A stretch of 64,000 nt of DNA from assembly GCA_043800555.1 (NCBI GenBank), contig JAZDMX010000021.1, positions 29,905-93,904 on the forward strand, given 5' to 3'. A model generated the notes under the pieces. The model ran no database searches. It was given only the letters and a program-made list of their open reading frames with translations, and was not told the origin of the DNA. The position numbers and the translations under genes were made by a program. The stretch is from Candidatus Omnitrophota bacterium. GTDB lineage: Bacteria; Omnitrophota; Gorgyraeia; Gygaellales; Profunditerraquicolaceae. Shown here in pieces: positions 38,310-47,015 of the stretch. The first letter of the stretch is position 1; each line of letters begins with the position of its first letter.

Positions 38310-39014
38310 TTACCTTTGCCTGGTTAAGCGTTTTTTCATCTCCAGGGTATAAGGGATACCGCCAACCCCTTTGATTTTAACGGGGATCCTGAGATTATCC
38401 GTGCTTATCCAGATCTCGAATTTCTCCGGCTTACTGGTAAAATGATACGTTTTAAATTTACCCGCGGGCACCCTGATTTCTTCGATGGACGTTAATTTAA
38501 CCGTATATTCACCGGGCAGGATTACATTGAAAGCGCTCCCGATCTTTAACCCCGGGGCCCCGCGCAAAGAAAAAGGGACAAGGATTGCGTTTTGTATCGG
38601 GCCTTTTCCTTTTACCAGGTACTCTTCGACTTTTTTGCCATCCTTAAGCTTAGTCAGCCTAAAGCTGTTTTGCGCAGGGAAATATTCTTCGGTGATATTC
38701 TCATCATGGAACCAGATAGAAATATAGCGCTTGACCAAAATAGGCAGATGCGTATCCGCTTGGCTTAAAATTACCTCTTTATCCTTAAACCCGGCTACGT
38801 CGGTTTTAAAAATTATCAAATTTGCTTTTTGTCCGTGGAATTCAGTAGGGCCAAAATCCTGATATTCGCAAGTTCCTAACCCTAGGGGCCTTATATCATA
38901 GAAAATTGTTTCTAACGGCTCCTGGGCAAAACTAAAACCCGCAAGTAAGAAAATAAAAGACAGGTAGCTGGCTAAGTAAGCTAATATTTTTACCGGCTTA
39001 ATTATGATTTTCAT
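38310..39014 (-). CDS. DUF3108-like exported protein
   Basis: Signal peptide; EEIRVPAGKFKTY...IWISTDNLRIPVKI. Confidence 0.75.
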   Translation of the reverse strand: MKIIIKPVKILAYLASYLSFIFLLAGFSFAQEPLETIFYDIRPLGLGTCEYQDFGPTEFHGQKANLIIFKTDVAGFKDKEVILSQADTHLPILVKRYISIWFHDENITEEYFPAQNSFRLTKLKDGKKVEEYLVKGKGPIQNAILVPFSLRGAPGLKIGSAFNVILPGEYTVKLTSIEEIRVPAGKFKTYHFTSKPEKFEIWISTDNLRIPVKIKGVGGIPYTLEMKKRLTRQR

Positions 39015-39078
39015 GCGTTCATTATAGGTATAATGGATTAATATATCAAGAATATTTTTCCCGGCTAAAGGAAATAAA

Positions 39079-39125
39079 ATCCCCCCTTTTTTTGCGGAAA
39101 TTTAACCGAAAAAAAAGGGGGGGAT
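39079..39125. repeat. Homopolymer-arm inverted repeat
   Basis: AT-C6-T7 + 15 nt + A8-G7-AT. Confidence 0.7.
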
Positions 39126-39153
39126 GCCTTTGAAAAACGTAGCGCTAAACGGG

Positions 39154-39447
39154 TTATTTTGGCATAACCGGCTTAATCGCCCTGTGTTCCATAGCGCCAC
39201 CCATCATCAAACCGCGCTGCTTACCAGATAGCATATTCATCCTCTCCATCATGCAATACCTGTTGGCGAGGCCCTTATTCAGGACTAACACCGCGCAAAT
39301 CCAAAGCAAGGCCGCGATAACATACCCAAAGGCCTTAAGGGCCTTGAAATCGCTTTTTATGGCAAACAGTAAAACAAAGAAGCTAACCGCTAAAAGAATA
39401 ACCGCCTGGACCAAGCCAAACACTCCGTCACCGATTCCCATGCACAT
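39154..39447 (-). CDS. Small two-TM protein with Met-rich tail
   Basis: AAGGAGG RBS; two TM helices. Confidence 0.75.
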   Translation of the reverse strand: MCMGIGDGVFGLVQAVILLAVSFFVLLFAIKSDFKALKAFGYVIAALLWICAVLVLNKGLANRYCMMERMNMLSGKQRGLMMGGAMEHRAIKPVMPK

Positions 39448-39479
39448 TTTTCCCTCCTTTCGTTATGAACATCCGCGTT

Positions 39480-40607
39480 TTAGCCCAAACTCTTTCTGAA
39501 TTTGAGCGTGCTTATAGAAATAATGATAAAACCTATAATTAAAAGCGGGGCAAGCTGCGGCCAAAGGACATCAATGCCTACGCCCTTTAAGAATAAACTT
39601 CTGACAACCACCATAAAATAGCGTAAAGGGTTAATAAAGGTAAACCACTGGATCAATTGCGGCATATTAGCTATAGGGTAAGCAAACCCGGACAAAAGGA
39701 CAGCCGGCATATAGAAAAGGAAAACCGACATCATTGCTTCCTGCTGGGTGGAAGAGACCGTGGAGATAAACAGGCCGATTCCTAAAGTAGTAAATAAATA
39801 AACACAGGTAGAAAGCAGCAGTAAAAGCAGGTTCCCTCTTAAGGGGATATGGAACCAAAGCACCCCCAATATAGTTATAAGGATGATCTGCGCCAATGCG
39901 ATTATCCCGAAAGGAAAGAGTTTGCCGGCAATAAGCTCAAGCGGCTTAATCGGGCTTACGATCAGCTGTTCCATTGTGCCGATCTCTTTCTCTTTTACTA
40001 TGGCCATAGCAGTCAACAAAAGCGACATCATGGTTACGATAGTCGCGATTACTCCCGGAAGATAATAATCCCTCGAGATAAGGTTTCCGTTAAACCAGGC
40101 CCGGTCTCTTAGGTCAACCTTAGCCGTGTTATTTGTCCATCCCCGGGCTTCTGCCTGCTCTTTCAATAAATCAAGCTGGTAATCGCCTACGACTGTATTG
40201 GCGTAACCCATAATAACCATAGCCGTGTTTGAATCCGTACCGTCAAAAGCAAGCTGTATAGACGCGTCTTTGCCGGCGTTAATATTCCTGCCGAAACCGC
40301 GGTCAATATGAATAACCACGCTGGCTAGCCCCTTATCAAGCATTAAATTCTGTTCTTTATCGCTAAAAATATAATGCTCTGGCACAAAATACTTGGAGTA
40401 GGTAAACCTGCGCAGAAGCTGGCGGCTTTCTTTAGTGTTATCGCGGTCAAAGATAGCAGTTGGGACATAATTAATATCTTTGTTTGCGGCATAGCCAAAC
40501 AAGATAATCTGCAAAAGAGGAGTAACAAAGATTACCGTCTTCATCCGGGGATCGCGGAAAATCTGCTTGAATTCCTTGATCAGGATCGCCCTTACCCGCT
40601 CCAGCAT
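39480..40607 (-). CDS. ABC-2 permease (YbhR-like)
   Basis: KEFKQIFRD, KEKEIGTMEQL and LLSGFAYPI motifs. Confidence 0.93.
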   Translation of the reverse strand: MLERVRAILIKEFKQIFRDPRMKTVIFVTPLLQIILFGYAANKDINYVPTAIFDRDNTKESRQLLRRFTYSKYFVPEHYIFSDKEQNLMLDKGLASVVIHIDRGFGRNINAGKDASIQLAFDGTDSNTAMVIMGYANTVVGDYQLDLLKEQAEARGWTNNTAKVDLRDRAWFNGNLISRDYYLPGVIATIVTMMSLLLTAMAIVKEKEIGTMEQLIVSPIKPLELIAGKLFPFGIIALAQIILITILGVLWFHIPLRGNLLLLLLSTCVYLFTTLGIGLFISTVSSTQQEAMMSVFLFYMPAVLLSGFAYPIANMPQLIQWFTFINPLRYFMVVVRSLFLKGVGIDVLWPQLAPLLIIGFIIISISTLKFRKSLG

Positions 40608-40608
40608 C

Positions 40609-41751
40609 CTAAGCCACCTTCTTTCTAAACCGGCCGATTGCCAAACCCAGCATTATTAAAGCGAATAATAGCAGAAAAAGCGCCTCGTCCCATAAGGCGT
40701 ATATCGAACCGCCCTTAAGGAACAACTCTCTTAATACTACTATATAATAACGCGCGGGGATTAAATAGGTAATGGCTTGGATTGCTTTCGGCATATTAAA
40801 GATAGGATAGATAAACCCGGATAAAAGCATAGTCGGCAGCATCGTTGTCAAGGTTGCCATCTGGCTGGCCATTAATTGAGTACGGGCAACCACAGAAATT
40901 AATATTCCTTGCGACAAAGCGCCGGTTAAAAAAAGCGTGCTTAAAACAACAAGGAGAAAATAACTGCCCCTGAATGGCACGCCAAACAAAAACTTAGCCA
41001 TAACCACCCCAACGGCAAGATCAAAAAAACCGATAGCGAAATAAGGCGCAAATTTCCCCAGGATAAGCTCATGGGCCTTTACGGGAGTAGAAATCAACTG
41101 CTCCATTGTCCCCCTCTCCCACTCCCGGGCAACACAAATGGAAGTAAGCAGGCCCGCTATAATCATAATGATCATCGCGATGACCCCGGGAACAATAAAC
41201 CAGGTGCTGACCAAACCCATATTGAACCAGATGCGCGAACGGGCATCTATGGAACGAGGTTTTTGCAAGCCGTAAGCGGCAAATGTATTAGCCAGTAAAT
41301 TTACGTTGTAGTTTGAGACAACTGAACGCACGTAATTCATAGCGATAGTAGCGGTATTGGCATCGCTGCCGTCCACGATTAGCTGCAAAGGCGCCGGCTT
41401 AGCGCTTTCCAGGTAATGCGAAAAGTCTTTGGGGATGACCATAGCCATAAGCACGTCCCCCCTGTTAATCATACGTTCAATATCGCGGTAGTTATCGGTA
41501 TAGCCGATTATTTTGAAATATTTGGAATTCTTGAAATTAAGCAGGAAATCGCGGGTAAGCTTGCTGGAGGCGTCCTGGTTCCAAACTATGGTGCGGACAT
41601 TATCTATGTCCAAAGAGAGCCCGTAGCCAAAGATCAAAAGCAGGAATATCGGTATCGCCAGGGCCAATACCAGGCTGCGCGCATCGCGCCTGATCTGGAT
41701 AAACTCTTTCCAGGATACCGCCTTAACCCTTTTTAAGCTCTGACTTATCAT
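40609..41751 (-). CDS. ABC-2 permease (YbhS-like)
   Basis: KEFIQIRRD and AREWERGTMEQL motifs. Confidence 0.93.
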   Translation of the reverse strand: MISQSLKRVKAVSWKEFIQIRRDARSLVLALAIPIFLLLIFGYGLSLDIDNVRTIVWNQDASSKLTRDFLLNFKNSKYFKIIGYTDNYRDIERMINRGDVLMAMVIPKDFSHYLESAKPAPLQLIVDGSDANTATIAMNYVRSVVSNYNVNLLANTFAAYGLQKPRSIDARSRIWFNMGLVSTWFIVPGVIAMIIMIIAGLLTSICVAREWERGTMEQLISTPVKAHELILGKFAPYFAIGFFDLAVGVVMAKFLFGVPFRGSYFLLVVLSTLFLTGALSQGILISVVARTQLMASQMATLTTMLPTMLLSGFIYPIFNMPKAIQAITYLIPARYYIVVLRELFLKGGSIYALWDEALFLLLFALIMLGLAIGRFRKKVA

Positions 41752-42679
41752 AATTTTCTATTGAACAGACAAATACGTCCTCCAGAGAAGGAGGAATTTT
41801 CTCTACGCTGAATTCACCGGCTTTTTCTTTTTGCAGGTATCCTTTTATCGCCGGGATAGCTTGGGAGCTATCATAAACAACGGCATGGATGCTGGCCCCA
41901 AAAAGCGCGGTTTCCTTGATCCCGTCGATTTTAGAAACCTTCTCCAGCCAATCCTGAGAATTGCTAATGCAGATTTCAAGCACTTCATCTTGCATGCACC
42001 CGGTCTTCATTTCCGAGGGGGTCCCCATGGCAATGATCGTGCCATGGTAAATTAAAACCATACGGTTGCAATTTTCCGCTTCATCCATGTAGTGCGTGGT
42101 GACAAAAACAGTCACCCCTTGGCTGGAGAGTTTTTTAATGACATCCCAAAAATTGGCGCGCGTTATCGGGTCTACTCCCGAAGTCGGCTCATCAAGGAAT
42201 ATAATCTTTGGCTTATGGATAAGCGCGCAACCCAAAGCCAAACGCTGCTTCCATCCTCCGGCTAAAGTCGCAGTGAGGTTCGACTCCATACCTTCTAATC
42301 CGGCAGTTTGAACAGTCACTTCAAAACGTTCTTTCTTCTCCTTCGCGGGGATTTTGTATATGCCGCTGTAAAAATTTATATTCTCCGCTACGGTAAGGTC
42401 GTTATAGAGAGAGAACTTTTGCGACATATAACCGATATTTTGCTTAATCTTATGCTGTTCTTTGATAATATCAAAACCGGCTACCTGCCCCGAACCTGAA
42501 GTAGGAGAGATAATTCCGCAGAGCATCCGGATAGTCGTAGATTTACCCGCGCCGTTTGGCCCAAGGAACCCGAAGATCTCGCCTTTTCCCACTTCGAAGT
42601 TTATACGGTTTACCGCGGTAAACTCGCCGAATTTCTTCTCCAGGTTTTGCACGCTGACTGCTATGTTTTCAGTAGGCAT
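41723..42679 (-). CDS. ABC transporter ATP-binding protein (YbhF C-half-like)
   Basis: GPNGAGKST, DEPTSGVDP and TTHYMDEAE motifs. Confidence 0.95.
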   Translation of the reverse strand: MPTENIAVSVQNLEKKFGEFTAVNRINFEVGKGEIFGFLGPNGAGKSTTIRMLCGIISPTSGSGQVAGFDIIKEQHKIKQNIGYMSQKFSLYNDLTVAENINFYSGIYKIPAKEKKERFEVTVQTAGLEGMESNLTATLAGGWKQRLALGCALIHKPKIIFLDEPTSGVDPITRANFWDVIKKLSSQGVTVFVTTHYMDEAENCNRMVLIYHGTIIAMGTPSEMKTGCMQDEVLEICISNSQDWLEKVSKIDGIKETALFGASIHAVVYDSSQAIPAIKGYLQKEKAGEFSVEKIPPSLEDVFVCSIENYDKSELKKG

Positions 42680-42683
42680 ATTT

Positions 42684-43457
42684 TTATACGGAAGAGGCTT
42701 TTCTGGAGTCCTGGGTTATTACATTCGGTACCGATTCATATTCTTTGATTATCTTGATAAACGCCTCTTCGAGAGTCTTGACGTTGCATTCCTTTTTAAT
42801 CTTATCGGGAGGATCGCAGCGCAAAAGCCTTCCTTTATGCAAAAGCCCTACCCTACGGCAACGCTCGGCTTCGTCAAGATAGCAAGTAGAGCAGAATATG
42901 GTAACTTTTTCTTTCAACAACTCATAAAGTATGTTCCAGAAATCCCTGCGGGAAACCGGGTCCACGCCATTGGTGGGCTCATCGAGGAACAAGACTTTCG
43001 GCGTATGTATAAGCGCGCAGGCTAACCCCAGTTTTTGCTTCATCCCTCCGGAGAGTTTACCGGCAAAACGCTGTTTAAAAGGCAAGAGGCCCGAAAAACC
43101 AAGCAGCCGGTCAATCGCCTCCTGGCGCTTCTCCTTGGCCACCCCATAGATATCAGCGTAAAAATTGATATTCTCCAAAACGGTTAAATCCTCGTAAAGC
43201 CCGAAACGCTGGGACATATAAGCTATATGATCTTTCAGGCTCTCGGATTCGTTTTTAGTGTGTTTATTGCAAACCAAAGCCTGTCCTTGGCTGGGGTCCA
43301 GGATTCCGGTTAAAAGGCGCATGGTTGTGGTCTTTCCGGCGCCGTCAGGGCCGACTAATCCAAAGATTTCCCCCTCTTCAACCTCGATGTTCAGATTGTC
43401 GAGAGCTGTCAGCGCCCCGAATTTACGGGTAAGATTTTCGGTTTTTATGCTAACCAT
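42684..43457 (-). CDS. ABC transporter ATP-binding protein (YbhF N-half-like)
   Basis: GPDGAGKTT, LSGGMKQKL and DEPTNGVDP motifs. Confidence 0.95.
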   Translation of the reverse strand: MVSIKTENLTRKFGALTALDNLNIEVEEGEIFGLVGPDGAGKTTTMRLLTGILDPSQGQALVCNKHTKNESESLKDHIAYMSQRFGLYEDLTVLENINFYADIYGVAKEKRQEAIDRLLGFSGLLPFKQRFAGKLSGGMKQKLGLACALIHTPKVLFLDEPTNGVDPVSRRDFWNILYELLKEKVTIFCSTCYLDEAERCRRVGLLHKGRLLRCDPPDKIKKECNVKTLEEAFIKIIKEYESVPNVITQDSRKASSV

Positions 43458-43594
43458 AATTTATTTTTCGATACTTAATCACTAAAATTCCGGAGCCAAG
43501 CGAAAATCCTGCTTGGACCAGTTACCCGGTTGGCTCCGAAGAAACAAATGGCCATTAGCCATAAAACATTAAACGCGGGCAATGCGCATAGACC

Positions 43595-44431
43595 TCATTG
43601 AATTATGATGTAGGCATCCGCGGGCATCCCGGGTTTTAAATCCAGGCTGGAGTTATCGACCCTGACCTTTATCCGGTAAACGTACTTCACCCTTTCTTCG
43701 CTGGTCTGGATATACTTAGGAGTAAACTCTGTCTGGGACGATATGAACGAAACCCATCCGTCATACTTCTTACCCTTATAACTATCTGTCTGAACATGCG
43801 CTTTCTGCCCCAGCTTGACCTTACCCAAATCGGTCTCATTAATATAAGCGGTAACCCAGATATTCCCGAGATCAACGGCAGTAAAAACCGGGGTACCCGG
43901 CTGCACTACCTCCCCGGCTAAAGAACTCTTTACGAGGATATAACCGTCAAGAGGGCTGGCTAAATCCGCCCAGCCTAATTTTGTATTGGCCAACTCTAAA
44001 GACGCGCGCAATTGCTTAATATTTGCCGAATCCGTGTCCATTTTTGTCTTGGCGCTATCGCGCTTTTGGGCTGAGATCGCTCCGGCCTTAAGCAAATTCT
44101 CGGCCCTTACATAATCATCGTAATCAAGCTTATACTGATACTCCGCCAACTTTAAAGCTGCTTCCGCTTCAGCCTGGACCTTACTTAGTTCATCCTTCTT
44201 AAGACGGGCTACGATATCGTCTTTCTTGACGACCCTCCCTTCGTCCGTTAAAAGCTCTTCGATTTGGCCTTGCACCCTAAAAGACATCCGGACATCATCC
44301 CCCTCTATGTTACCCGAAACTTTAATTGTTTTCCCATTAGCGTTATGCTCTTGAAATATGAAAACAGCCGCCGCTACCGCCGCGATAACCAGGATTAACG
44401 GTATGACTATAAATCTTATTCTTTTTTTCAT
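43595..44431 (-). CDS. HlyD/YbhG-family membrane fusion protein
   Basis: VSGNIE, EFTPKYIQTSEER and LKPGMPAD motifs. Confidence 0.93.
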   Translation of the reverse strand: MKKRIRFIVIPLILVIAAVAAAVFIFQEHNANGKTIKVSGNIEGDDVRMSFRVQGQIEELLTDEGRVVKKDDIVARLKKDELSKVQAEAEAALKLAEYQYKLDYDDYVRAENLLKAGAISAQKRDSAKTKMDTDSANIKQLRASLELANTKLGWADLASPLDGYILVKSSLAGEVVQPGTPVFTAVDLGNIWVTAYINETDLGKVKLGQKAHVQTDSYKGKKYDGWVSFISSQTEFTPKYIQTSEERVKYVYRIKVRVDNSSLDLKPGMPADAYIIIQ

Positions 44432-46014
44432 TTTACCTCCCTGATAAAACTCCTGCCCATAATCCTATCCAGCCTTGCCTGCGCCATAAGGTAATCGTAG
44501 ATGCCCTCGGCAAGGTTCTTCTCCACATTAGCCAGGGAAACCTGCGCATCAAGCACATCCAGATTTATGCCTACTCCGTTATTGTAACGCACATAAGAGA
44601 TATTTAAGGCCTCTTTTGCGTCCTGAAGGTTGTCCTCCTGAGATTGTATTATAGAAGACGCCTGGGCAAGGTCAAGGCAGGCCTGCCTTATGTCAACCGC
44701 AACCTGGTCGGCAAAACTCTCTTTCCCTAAGACCGCCTGCTGGTAACGGGCCCTGGCGGCATCGACCTTGGCCTTGGTTGAAAACCCGTCGAATATAGCC
44801 AGCCGCACGGCAAAACCCACATTCCAATTATTATGCCGGTTATTAAACATATCCCCTAAGTTATTGGACTGATAAGAATACCCGGCATTGGCCTCAACCT
44901 GCGGTAGCCAGCCTGCCCGGGCGTATTTAATCGCCCATTTACCCATATCAATCCCCAAAGCCTTTAGAATCATCTCCGGGTCATTCAGGTAAGCCTCCCT
45001 CAAGAAATCCTCTTCCTTTATTTCAAACGGATCATAAAACAACCGGTCTTTGATAACCACTTTGCCGCTTACTTTTAACCCCAATAGCTTATTCATTTCC
45101 GCCATAATCAATTTTATGGAATTTTCAGCGTTAATTAACTGCGGCAACAAAAGGGAAACCTGGACCTTTGACTGCAAAACATCAAACCTGGAAGATGTGC
45201 CCTGTTTGAAATTATTGTTTACTTCTTCATAATGGCCCTTTGCCTGCTCGACAAGGTTACCCGCGATGCGCCTTGTTTCATAGGCAAGAAGCAGCCCGTA
45301 ATAAAGCCTCTTGGCTTCAAGTTCAACGTTGAGCCTGGTGGCCCGCAGGGTTTCATTTTGCTCTTTCAAGCCGACTCCTGCCTGCCTCAAAGCGGCTATA
45401 TTTGCGCCTCCGCTATAAATAGTATCGCTTACGCTTAAGCCCATATTATTGTTATTTTTATAACCGGTAAACACCCCGATGTCCTTCTTGGTAACAGCGG
45501 TGCTGCTTAAAACCGCGCCGTTATGCGTATAGCCGGCATCAAAATCTAATTTTGGCAGAAAGGCGCTTTTTGCGCCCAATATATCCGCGCTAGCCACTCT
45601 CAGGGAATACTCCTGCATCTGGATATCTTTATTATTCTTGTAGGCTATTCCAATGGCATCCCGTAATGAAAAAAGCAGGAGTGTTTCCGGTTTATCCTCC
45701 TGGCAAAATCCGTTATTAGCATACGGCAGAAGAAAACCGCAAACAAAAACGATTACCGCGAATTTAGAGGCCTTGCGGACTATGCTTTTAAATTCCTTGT
45801 AAAAAGGGTAGCTTGTATTGGCGCTAAAGAAACGTGCCCCTGCCCTGTAATAACTCTGCAAGACCCCCTCCTTTTGAAGATTATAAAGCGTCCGCTGAAA
45901 AACACCCGGTTTGGTCTTTAAGAGCCTGCCTAGCTCCTGGATGTAAAATTGCTGCCCGGGGTGAGAATAAAAAAGCCCCAAAAGTTTCAGGGTATTTTTC
46001 GAGAATTGTTTCAT
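44428..46014 (-). CDS. Fusion of N-terminal winged-helix domain, signal/TM segment and TolC-family outer membrane protein
   Basis: First ~80 aa wHTH-like (FYIQELGRLLKTKPGVFQRTLYNLQKEGVL); then RKASKFAVIVFVCGFLLP; then OEP repeats (SAFLPKL, LAIFDGF). Start at ATG 46014 behind AGAGGA. Confidence 0.85.
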   Translation of the reverse strand: MKQFSKNTLKLLGLFYSHPGQQFYIQELGRLLKTKPGVFQRTLYNLQKEGVLQSYYRAGARFFSANTSYPFYKEFKSIVRKASKFAVIVFVCGFLLPYANNGFCQEDKPETLLLFSLRDAIGIAYKNNKDIQMQEYSLRVASADILGAKSAFLPKLDFDAGYTHNGAVLSSTAVTKKDIGVFTGYKNNNNMGLSVSDTIYSGGANIAALRQAGVGLKEQNETLRATRLNVELEAKRLYYGLLLAYETRRIAGNLVEQAKGHYEEVNNNFKQGTSSRFDVLQSKVQVSLLLPQLINAENSIKLIMAEMNKLLGLKVSGKVVIKDRLFYDPFEIKEEDFLREAYLNDPEMILKALGIDMGKWAIKYARAGWLPQVEANAGYSYQSNNLGDMFNNRHNNWNVGFAVRLAIFDGFSTKAKVDAARARYQQAVLGKESFADQVAVDIRQACLDLAQASSIIQSQEDNLQDAKEALNISYVRYNNGVGINLDVLDAQVSLANVEKNLAEGIYDYLMAQARLDRIMGRSFIREVK

Positions 46015-46025
46015 CGGCATTCCTC

Positions 46026-46093
46026 TATATTCATAATGCATATAGTAATATTCATTTGCATATAATTATATGTATTTAACATACAAATGTCAA
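46026..46093 (-). promoter_or_regulatory. Consensus sigma70 promoter with two operator-like repeats
   Basis: TTGACA (46088-93)-17 nt-TATAAT (46065-70); TATATTCATAATGCATATA (46026-44) and AATATTCATTTGCATATA (46047-64). Confidence 0.8.
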
Positions 46094-46162
46094 GGCATTT
46101 AATCGGAACTTCCCCGGGTTCCTGGCAAACTCTTTCCCCTGCCCATTATTCAACTAAAAACT

Positions 46163-46260
46163 AAAAAAGGGGGCGCGGAAAAAGGGGGACGTTTCTACTT
46201 TTCTGGGGCTCAGCTTGGAAAAGTAGAAACGTCCCCCTTTTTTCTCCAACGCCCCTTTTT
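46163..46260. repeat. REP-like palindrome, copy 5, with nested outer stem
   Basis: GGGGGACGTTTCTACTTTTC + 14 nt + GAAAAGTAGAAACGTCCCCC inside AAAAAAGGGGGCG...CGCCCCTTTTT. Confidence 0.9.
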
Positions 46261-46362
46261 CGCTTACTAGCGGATTTTGGCGCAGCGCGCCATATTAACT
46301 AACAGCATTTAATACTTGAAATCCGTTCATTTAAAAGTATAATACTGGCTTAGGAGGAAAAT

Positions 46363-46827
46363 ATGAAAAAATTATTGGTTGGCGGTATAGTTTTTTTTGT
46401 TTTTATTCTCGGGCTCGGAAAATTAGCTTATAGCGCAACATTAAACATCGAAGAATTAGTTGATAATTTCTATAAAGCGACTGACCTGCAAAAGGAACAG
46501 ATAGTAAAGGACAATTTAGGCAAAGATATTTCCGCCGGGGCCCAAGTAGATAACGCGGGGGAATACGATTTCTTTGATACGAATAGCGATATTAAAGGCA
46601 CTTATTATCAGGTTACCGCCGTCCCCCAGAAAACGAAAGACAACATAACCTACCAGTTGATTTTCCTCTTTAAAGACAAAGATACGGCAAAAGATATTGA
46701 TAAAGGCCAAAAAGTGCAAAAAGACGGCCGGATCATACGGATACTTGACGAACGGCTGCAGATTTCGGTTTGGATTTTTTGCGGCGAGTTAACCGATAAG
46801 GACAAAGCGCTTTTTAACCAGGGTTAA
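46363..46827 (+). CDS. Exported hypothetical protein
   Basis: AGGAGG RBS and signal peptide; TTGAAA-17 nt-TATAAT upstream. Confidence 0.8.
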   Translation: MKKLLVGGIVFFVFILGLGKLAYSATLNIEELVDNFYKATDLQKEQIVKDNLGKDISAGAQVDNAGEYDFFDTNSDIKGTYYQVTAVPQKTKDNITYQLIFLFKDKDTAKDIDKGQKVQKDGRIIRILDERLQISVWIFCGELTDKDKALFNQG

Positions 46828-46881
46828 TGCTTTTTGCTCCCCCCTTTTTCACTACTGCGATAATCATCTCATTATAACTTA

Positions 46882-46929
46882 GCGATATATGCAATATGAA
46901 TATAGTTATATTCATATTGCATATATCGC
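46882..46929. repeat. Perfect 48-bp AT-rich palindrome
   Basis: GCGATATATGCAATATGAATATA-GT-TATATTCATATTGCATATATCGC (23-bp arms). Confidence 0.9.
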
Positions 46930-47015
46930 ATAGGCCGATACCTCCCCGCAAGAAAGTAAAAACCCCTCAAAACAAAAGTGGTCATATCGCCGCGGACACA
47001 AAAACATTTCGATAT

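Noticed and set aside
952-46260. Repeat plus variable spacer pattern as a CRISPR array
   Set aside because: Copies are dispersed inverted pairs rather than tandem direct repeats, spacers are only 14-16 nt, and no cas genes are present
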